A stretch of DNA of 64,000 nucleotides from Haliotis asinina (Eukaryota), in the NCBI RefSeq assembly GCF_037392515.1, contig NC_090285.1:70717515-70781514 (forward strand). Direction: 5' to 3'. This document shows positions 57,829 through 64,000 of this stretch, piece by piece (position 1 is the stretch's first letter; each line of letters starts with the position of its first letter). Made by a program: the position numbers and the translations under genes. The notes under the pieces were generated by a model. The model had not been told where the DNA came from. It was given only the letters and a program-made list of their open reading frames with translations, and did not search any database.

Positions 57829-59342
57829 GTATGGAAGAGGAAGAGAGGATGTTTGATGTCAAGAGCGCAGCTCACTGCACAGCAAGAGACCAGCCAGAAG
57901 AAGATCTGCTTGGAATGGAAGTGGACGCTTCTTCTCCTGTTCCTTCTCTTGTCTTGGTTGCAGAACACACAACCATTCTACCACAAGCAGAAGTCATTCC
58001 AACTGGTATGGCATTCTCCCTGACACCTGCTTCAACGACTTTCTCATCTGGGTCAGTAGAGAAGTCTAAACATGCTGAAACATCCTCTTTTAGATCTAGA
58101 TTTGGTAGTTATGGAATGGGGTCCTCTGCTACACAAAGTATCCAAACTGCCAGACAAGTTGAAAGGAGACCTGTTTTAACATCTTTCTTATCTGGAGCAG
58201 TAGATATGTCGACTGCAGAAAAATCATCTTTTGGATCTGGATTTGGTTCTAATGAGCAAGTGTCATTTAACACAGACATCAAGGAGCAGATTCAAGGATT
58301 CCAGGATTCACAGAGCTGCATGTCATCTCCTTCATCAGATGTTGTCATGCAGCAGCAGCAGCTGCAGCAGCCGACACAGATACACCCGATGCTGGCACAT
58401 CAGCCTCCAGTCACATGGAATTCCCTGTTTTTAAACAAGCATGCAGATGAACAACTGTATCAGAGTAGTAAATTTGGAATGCAACAGGAACAACAACAGG
58501 CATATCCTTCTTCTGAGGAAAGTAGTTCCTTGTTTGGACAAAGCTACACAAAGCAACAAACATATCAGAGTGGTTTGTTTGGAATGCAAGAGCAACAACA
58601 ACAGCAACAAAAGTTCCCACCACAACAGATGCCCTTTGGTGGAGAGCCAGTGTCATTTGGAGGAGGAGGTGGAAGAGGATTTGGAGGAAGAGGAGGATTT
58701 GGAGGAAGAGGAGGATTTGGAGGAAGAGGAGGAGGATTTGGAGGACTATCTCATCCACATCAGACTAACTTTAGTGGACAGTCGCTGTCATTTGGAGGTG
58801 GATTATTTGGAAGAAGGGGATTTGGAGGAGGAGAAGGAGTAGAATTTGGAGGAGGATTAGCTAGAGCCTACTCTGGGAGTCAGATGACACAGGGTTTCAT
58901 CTCAGGCAAGAAGTCACAAGAGACTGAAGTAACTGCAGCCAAGTTTTTTGGAGATGTGGAAGTACCAGAGAAACCAGATGCTGCACTTAATCAGAGTGGA
59001 ATATTCCAGGGATCAGACCCTTGTACCCCAATATTTCCTTCATTGTTTCCTCAAGTACAGGTGATGAATGGGAGAGGTGAAGCATCCAGCTCTGACCAGG
59101 TGATGTCTGAACCTCTAGCTGAGCCAACAAGCAATAAAGTTACCCAGGGAGGCTATGGATTCAGCTTCCAATCAGGTTTCATGAATGGTGGTACCATGGG
59201 GATGGTTTCAGGGGATGTGACAAGAGGATCAGCACCACTAGAACTTGGAGGTTATGTGACAAGTGCTGCAGCTGCAGCAGCTCACTATAGGAACCCCATA
59301 CCTCAAAGTAACATCCAGATGGTCCTCCAGCTACAGCAACAG
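57829..59342 (+). CDS. PARP4: PARP4 exon 31, a large low-complexity exon that is S/F/G-rich, has poly-Q stretches and an RGG/FGG-box run
   Basis: Acceptor tttcttcag|GT. (G)MEEEERMFDVKSAAH... with internal duplication (...SSFRSRFGSYGMGSS... / ...SSFGSGFGSNEQ...). GGGGRGFGGRGGFGGRGGFGGRGGGFGG. Ends ...NIQMVLQLQQQ with donor CAG|gtgagt, phase 0. Composition is comparable to the recalled S/P/F-rich vertebrate PARP4 C-terminal region. Confidence 0.6.
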
Positions 59343-59569
59343 GTGAGTGGGAGTACTAACAAGTGTCCTTCTCTGTCCAGACTGTCTTCTCACTCATTTG
59401 GTGAATATCATAGAGATATAACAAAAACTTCACTTGACTCAGGTTCAAGTGCTTAAGGTAGCTCTTCAATCTATTTTCAGTAACCAGTGGACTCAATCCA
59501 AAAGCAATACAAAATTAGTGCTAGATTAAGAGTAATCTCAAATATAGCAGATGTTATGTAGTGTAATGC

Positions 59570-59706
59570 TGTGTGTGTGATGTTCCTGGCTGTGTTGTGT
59601 GTGATGTTCCTGGCTGTGTTGTGTGTGATGTTTCTGGCTGTGTTGTGTGTGATATTCCTGGCTGTGTTGTGTATGATATTTCTGGTTGTGTTCTGTGTTT
59701 TGTCAG
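59570..59706. repeat. 30-bp tandem repeat of about 4.5 copies, whose last unit forms the polypyrimidine tract and acceptor of exon 32
   Basis: gtgtgtgatgttcctggctgtgttgtgtgt repeats four times, then ...gatatttctggttgtgttctgtgttttgtcag|GATGGG. Confidence 0.8.
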
Positions 59707-59806
59707 GATGGGTCGTGGAGATTCTGCAGTGACCTTGACATTGCCCTCTGGATCAGGAGCTGTGACTACAGAGACCTGTTGATGAAGGCTGGGCTCCGCT
59801 CTCTAG
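59707..59806 (+). CDS. PARP4: PARP4 exon 32
   Basis: DGSWRFCSDLDIALWIRSCDYRDLLMKAGLRSL(G) resembles vertebrate EDGFWKLTPELGLILNLNTNGLHSFLKQKGIQSLG. Donor G|gtaaag, phase 1. Phase-compatible with exons 31 and 33. Confidence 0.7.
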
Positions 59807-59954
59807 GTAAAGGATTGATTTTACAGAAAAGAGTGAATGTGTAAACACAAACACTCAATACAATAATACTCTGCTATTTCCCACTGTATGTTTTTGGACT
59901 GAGAGGAGAGCCTGAATTATACATGTCAGAGACGTAGACCTCTTGTCTAGAACC

Positions 59955-60126
59955 GGGGCGGTGGGGTAGCCTAGTGGTTAAAGCGTTTGCTCGTCACGCC
60001 GAAGACCCGGGTTCGATTCCCCACATGGGTACAGTGTGTGAGGCCCATTTTCTTGTGTCCCCCGCCGTGATATCGCTGGAATATTGCTAAAAGCGGCGTA
60101 AAACCAAACTCACTCACTCACTCACT
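59955..60126 (+). mobile_element. tRNA-derived SINE (family B; shares the 3' tail with family A) inserted in the last PARP4 intron with a 13-bp target-site duplication
   Basis: Head ggggcggtggggtagcctagtggttaaagcg...gacccgggttcgattcccc carries pol III A-box and B-box-like motifs but cannot fold as a tRNA (no acceptor-stem complement). Tail ggaatattgctaaaagcggcgtaaaaccaaactcactcactcactcactc. Flanking direct repeat cttgtctagaacc (59942-59954) and cttgtctggaacc (60127-60139). Confidence 0.75.
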
Positions 60127-60345
60127 CTTGTCTGGAACCCACACAAGAAGTATCATAGACAGTGCTAGGTGCGGACAATGTCTCATACAGTTCATTCCCA
60201 CATGCATGTAGACAATATCTCATGGTGTAATTTCAGCTTTTGTATGTTCACAGTATCTTCATCAGTGTGATTTCTAAAAGTTGGGGTAATTATTAGATGA
60301 CCAAGTAAGAAATCTTTCTGTAATTCAGTCTCAAATGTTTTCCAG

Positions 60346-60788
60346 GAACATCTGTCGCAGAAGAAATCCAACATCTAGTTGCCACTATGCTGGCTATTCT
60401 TGTCATCTTGGAGGTTTTCTGCCCAGAGTTATTTCCCCTGACAGATGACACCTTGCACAAAGACGGTGAAGTAGGATTGGGCAAAATTCTGAGTAGCAAA
60501 ATTGAATTAGAAGTCATTTCTAGGAAAATAGATGTGGCTGAGCTGTTTCTATCATTGCGTCAAGGAATCAGGTTTTGCACTTTGCTGGAGGAGAAACACC
60601 CCCTTGTGTGTAGATCCCTGGAGCTGGCTGATGATTGGCTGTCTGCAGCGGCAAACATGTTGGGTGACTTGGGAGAAGGTCAGAAGACAAAGACTCTGGG
60701 AAGAGTCTTTCATCTTCTGGTCCCAGAACTTGAAAATACTTTAGAAAGGAAAAACAAACTTAGATCAAAACCTATAGTGTGTTAGATT
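60346..60788 (+). CDS. PARP4: PARP4 terminal exon (MVP-interaction-like C-terminus) with stop codon
   Basis: Acceptor ttttccag|GA. (G)TSVAEEIQHLVATMLAILVILEVFCPELF...VCRSLELADDWLSAAANMLGDLGEGQ... resembles vertebrate ..GRECLLDLIATMLVLQFIRTRLEKEG...ICPRLELGNDWDSATKQLLGLQ. TAG at 60786-60788. Confidence 0.7.
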
Positions 60789-60999
60789 TGAAATATGAAA
60801 GATGGTGTTATTATTTTTGCTGTATTTTATGTGTAGCATAATGGATGTGTAATGATTTAGCTAATCTTAAGTGTGTTTAGTGTTTGTTGATGATGAAATA
60901 CTGTTTGGTCACATGCACAGATAGATGCAACATCATCAGACTTTGTCTTCTTGGAAACTCTTTTCTGTCTATGGAAAATATGTAACAGAAGCGACCCAT

Positions 61000-61262
61000 G
61001 AAGGCCCCGGGGTAAAATAGGCCTTCAGCAACCCATGCTTGCCATAAAAGGCGACTATGCTTGTCGTAAGAGGCAACTAATGGGATCGGGTGGTCAGGTT
61101 TGTTGACTTGATTGACACATGTCATCTGTTCCCACTTGCGCAAATGGCTGCTCATGTTGTTGATCACTGGATTGTCTGGTCCAGTCTCGATTATTTACAG
61201 ACTGCTGCCATACAGCTGCAATATTGCTGAGTGCGGCGTAAAATTAAACTCCCTCACTGTAA
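61000..61262 (+). mobile_element. SINE family A copy (full head) in the PARP4 3' flank/UTR
   Basis: gaaggccccggggtaaaataggccttcagcaacccatgcttgcc...gggatcgggtggtcag...gttgttgatcactggattgtctggtccagtctcgattatttacagactgctgccatacagctgcaatattgctgagtgcggcgtaaaattaaactccctcactg. Confidence 0.65.
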
Positions 61263-61288
61263 CAGAAGCATTCTGCCTGTTCTTATAT

Positions 61289-61360
61289 GTGAGTGAGTGA
61301 GTGAGTATGGTTTTATGCCACCTTCAGCAATATTTCAGCAATATTACGGCAAGAGACACC
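61289..61360 (-). mobile_element. Inverted SINE tail fragment forming a tail-to-tail pair with the preceding SINE
   Basis: Reverse complement reads ggtgtctcttgccgtaatattgctgaaatattgctgaaggtggcataaaaccatactcactcactcactcac. Confidence 0.55.
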
Positions 61361-61689
61361 AGAAATAGGCTTCAGACATTGTACCTATGTACATTACATT
61401 CCATTTGTTTGACATGAGACTAGGTTGCCTAATATTTCTCACTGATACAATTAAGCAGACCTTGTTGATCTATCTATGCCTGACCTGTGGGAAGTGTTCA
61501 ACAGAAGGGAATAAATATATTTACCACAGAGATGTGCTTGTCCTTCTTTCTGATATATTGTGTAAGATTGGCGGCGGTCTTCTGTGAGTTTTGTGTCATG
61601 TATATTTCTTCTATGTATTTGTAAGTGTCTGTATTCAGTGTAGAGTTACAAGCAGTCCCTGATTTTTCGGAGTGAATCTGAGGATGTCC

Positions 61690-61900
61690 TAGCTCCTAAG
61701 AGAATGACCTTTAGTCCTCCCCACCATTACACACAAATCTGAGGACGTCCTGTCTTATTTCGGAATGGCCTTTAGTGCTCCCCACCATTACGCACAAACC
61801 TGAAGACATGCCAGCTTATATCAGAATGGCCTTTAGTGCTCCCCACCATTACACACAAACCTGAAGACATGCCAGCTTATATCAGAATGGCCTTTCATGA
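61690..61900. repeat. 60-bp tandem repeat of about 3.5 copies
   Basis: cctttagtgctccccaccattacacacaaacctgaagacatgccagcttatatcagaatgg and variants. Confidence 0.8.
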
Positions 61901-62672
61901 ACATAGATGAACTAATGAAAACTGTCGAAAAGGCAAAAGCAGCCAGTAAGAATTCAGATTTCTCCTGCTCTGTGGCATGAGCTTCAGACCGCTCCCATGG
62001 TGGATCTAGAACAGCTCTTTACAGCTGACAGCTGCATTGATGAGGTGTCTATCTCACTTTACTAGGATTACAGACATTGTAAATTATTTAGTCTTTGACT
62101 GACATATTTCTGTTTTGAATATGGAATGAATTATAAGTAGAAGATTCAATTCAAGTGTTTTGATTTTTTCCATCCTGAGTATAATTTATCCAAAATTTTG
62201 GTGTTTACAGTCTGTTAGGGTCAAAATGATACTGATGAATAGCATTCAACAACTCCAAATCGGTTCATGATCCAACATTCATTTCAATCGAAAAAAGATT
62301 CTTGACTTTTGACTCCGAAATAAAACAGTTACTTAACAATCTTATAGGTCACGTGCAACCAAAAAATCATTAAACATAATTAAAACAGGATTATCACTTA
62401 TTCATGACATATAATATACATTGCTGATTGTAAAAGACACCCAAAAAATAAACAAATTCATAAGCGTATAATCGTGATTTCAAAAGTGCAATATTTTGTA
62501 CTTGCGCTTGCTTCCCTCGAAACGAACCCCTCGGGAAACTGAACCCAGTCACAGCAGGTGGGTGTGCACTCCAGTGTAACGACGGTTCCTGATTGGCTGG
62601 TTCATTTGCTGATACACTGAGGGCTCATTGTGTGTTCAGATAGATGATCTGTTTGATGGACATTTTAGAAGT

Positions 62673-62690
62673 ATGGCGAGTCACAAGAAA
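62673..62690 (+). CDS. Candidate first coding exon of an unidentified downstream gene (MASHKK) with an upstream CCAAT-like box
   Basis: agaagtATGGcg fits the Kozak context. ATG GCG AGT CAC AAG AAA|gtaaga is a strong donor. An inverted CCAAT (ctgattggctgg) lies at 62588-62599 and a GC-rich tract at 62500-62580. No downstream exon falls within the window to confirm it. Confidence 0.2.
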
Positions 62691-63519
62691 GTAAGATTCT
62701 TTTGTGACTTCTTTTGTGTACTTGATGCATTGTTTCAGTATGGATTCATATATCCTTGTCAAAGAAAATCATATACACTAGAAGAAGTTGTTATCCATAA
62801 AGAATGTATATAGATGTAGGTTTTGTAAATACATGTTCTCTGAATTTGTGTTTAATCCAATCAAAATTCATCTCAGTAGAGATGGTGAATTGCTGCGTAG
62901 CTGGAAACTGTCATTCGTCCTAGTACAAAGCAGGACTTGAGCTGTGCAACGTGCATGTGTATGTGTCACGTCAGTACTATTTACTGCATGTGATTTCATT
63001 CTTAATCTATCGGAAGGCATTTGATGTGAATTGATTCATAAGCCATCAAAACACTAGGGACACCTGTCACTCGGGTTGTTCATTAGGATTTGGTGGGTGT
63101 GAGAACATCTCATCAGTAATGAAAACACATGTTAAGTAGAATTAAGGTAAACTACACTGTAATTGTACTGTGTATAACACTTATAAATCGACCCCTACTA
63201 TCTGTCACAATGCAAGTTAAAAATAGCCGGCTACATGATCTAAGTCATGTGATCTTGTCCGGAAGTTTACTTTTTTTACGATTTCACATGTTTTTAAGGC
63301 ATTTAAACTTAAAAATAGAATATGGAATTGGTCAAAATAGAAACTTTTTGTCATCGTTTTACGTTTTTCGTCCAACTTAACACCTGAAGCTCCAAACACT
63401 ACATGATTGGGCACCCCCCTTCTAGATCCTTAGGGTCAGTGAGTAAAGGTTAGGGTTGGCTTACCTTTGGTGCAAGTATATCCATCTGAAAAAATCGGAA
63501 AAAGTGCACCCGCTAAAGT

Positions 63520-64000
63520 GCACTTCTCCCTCACTGTTATTATCCACCTGGCATGTAATGTAGGGGGATATAGTCGATGCCTCGTCATGTCTGTCCGCCA
63601 TCCGTCTGTCCATTCATCCGTAATCATTTTGTTTCCGGAGCATAACACAGAAATCGTTCAATATTTTTAGACGAAACTTGATGTATATAATAATCTCAGC
63701 CTATGGTTGTGCCTTTTGCTATTTACAGATTTTTGGCATTTATATTTTATTCGTTTTTCCATAGAACATCTTGGTGTTAGTCTAATTGTGGGGTGGGCTT
63801 GTTTCCGGAGCAGAACTCAAAACCATTGAATACTTTTCGTCAAAACTTGGTAGATATATCAATCAGAACCTTCTCTCATGGTGCCTTTTGCTATTTATAG
63901 GTTTTTGTGATTTAGTATTTTCTCGGTTTCCATGGAAAAGTTTCAAAAGTGAGAGGTGTGTTTCGTTTCTGGAACAGAACTCAAAAACTTCTTAATATCT
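63520..64000. repeat. Second block of the about 170-bp satellite family, continuing past the window end
   Basis: ...catccgtaatcattttgtttccggagcataacacagaaatcgttcaatatttttagacgaaacttgat...tgccttttgctatttacagatttttggcatttatattt...ggtttccatggaaaagtttcaaaagtgagaggtgtgtttcgtttctggaacagaactcaaaaac resembles 56440-57440. Confidence 0.7.

Noticed and set aside
59955-60030. A functional tRNA gene
   Set aside because: The 5' GGGGCGG has no complementary 3' acceptor strand. The anticodon arm does not fold canonically. The sequence continues directly into a SINE body and tail, and the whole unit is bracketed by a 13-bp target-site duplication. It is a tRNA-derived SINE head, not a tRNA gene.
1-64000. 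A prokaryote-style multi-gene system (defence island, operon, CRISPR array and the like)
   Set aside because: The window is eukaryotic. It has GT-AG introns with phase continuity, SINEs, an LTR retrotransposon, minisatellites, and no compact co-oriented ORF clusters or ribosome-binding sites. No CRISPR-like repeat-spacer architecture is present, since all the arrays are tandem repeats without unique spacers.

Overview
This window is eukaryotic nuclear DNA, not a prokaryotic locus. It is intron-rich (GT-AG introns), full of minisatellites, SINEs, MITEs and an LTR retrotransposon, and probably invertebrate, possibly molluscan. I found no multi-gene system of the kind hinted at and I report none.

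The content resolves into three parts:

- **One giant gene.** About 49 kb of the window (11564-60788, + strand) is a single gene that I recognise as an orthologue of vault poly(ADP-ribose) polymerase, PARP4. The recognition rests on domain order and recalled sequence: BRCT, PARP catalytic core with an H-Y-E triad, VIT, vWA, then a low-complexity C-terminal region ending in an MVP-interaction-like tail. I resolved at least 32 exons with consistent splice phases.
- **An LTR retrotransposon upstream.** At 3217-7917 (minus strand) sits a nearly intact Ty3/gypsy element. It has 117/130-bp LTRs, a perfect 5-bp target-site duplication (GCCGG), a primer-binding site starting TGG, and a polypurine tract. 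Its gag-protease-RT-RNaseH-integrase coding region is disrupted only by one in-frame stop and one frameshift.
- **Intronic repeats and relics.** The PARP4 introns carry a tRNA-derived SINE family, two MITE-like elements, a degraded Polinton/Maverick-type protein-primed DNA polymerase B relic, and many minisatellite arrays.

The most unusual pattern is how often minisatellites sit exactly on PARP4 splice junctions. Two arrays tandemly duplicate an exon 3' end plus its GT donor; one of them, a 54-nt unit repeated nine times, stays in frame. Six arrays end precisely at a used acceptor. Intron 11 is built entirely of pseudo-acceptor repeats.

Other curiosities are a WH2-like motif plus polyproline module and an RGG/FG-rich exon inside PARP4, a satellite seeded from a SINE tail, a 22-bp satellite array with inverted-unit flanks, a 115-bp perfect palindrome, and a 170-bp satellite with a (TCCG)18 expansion in one unit.
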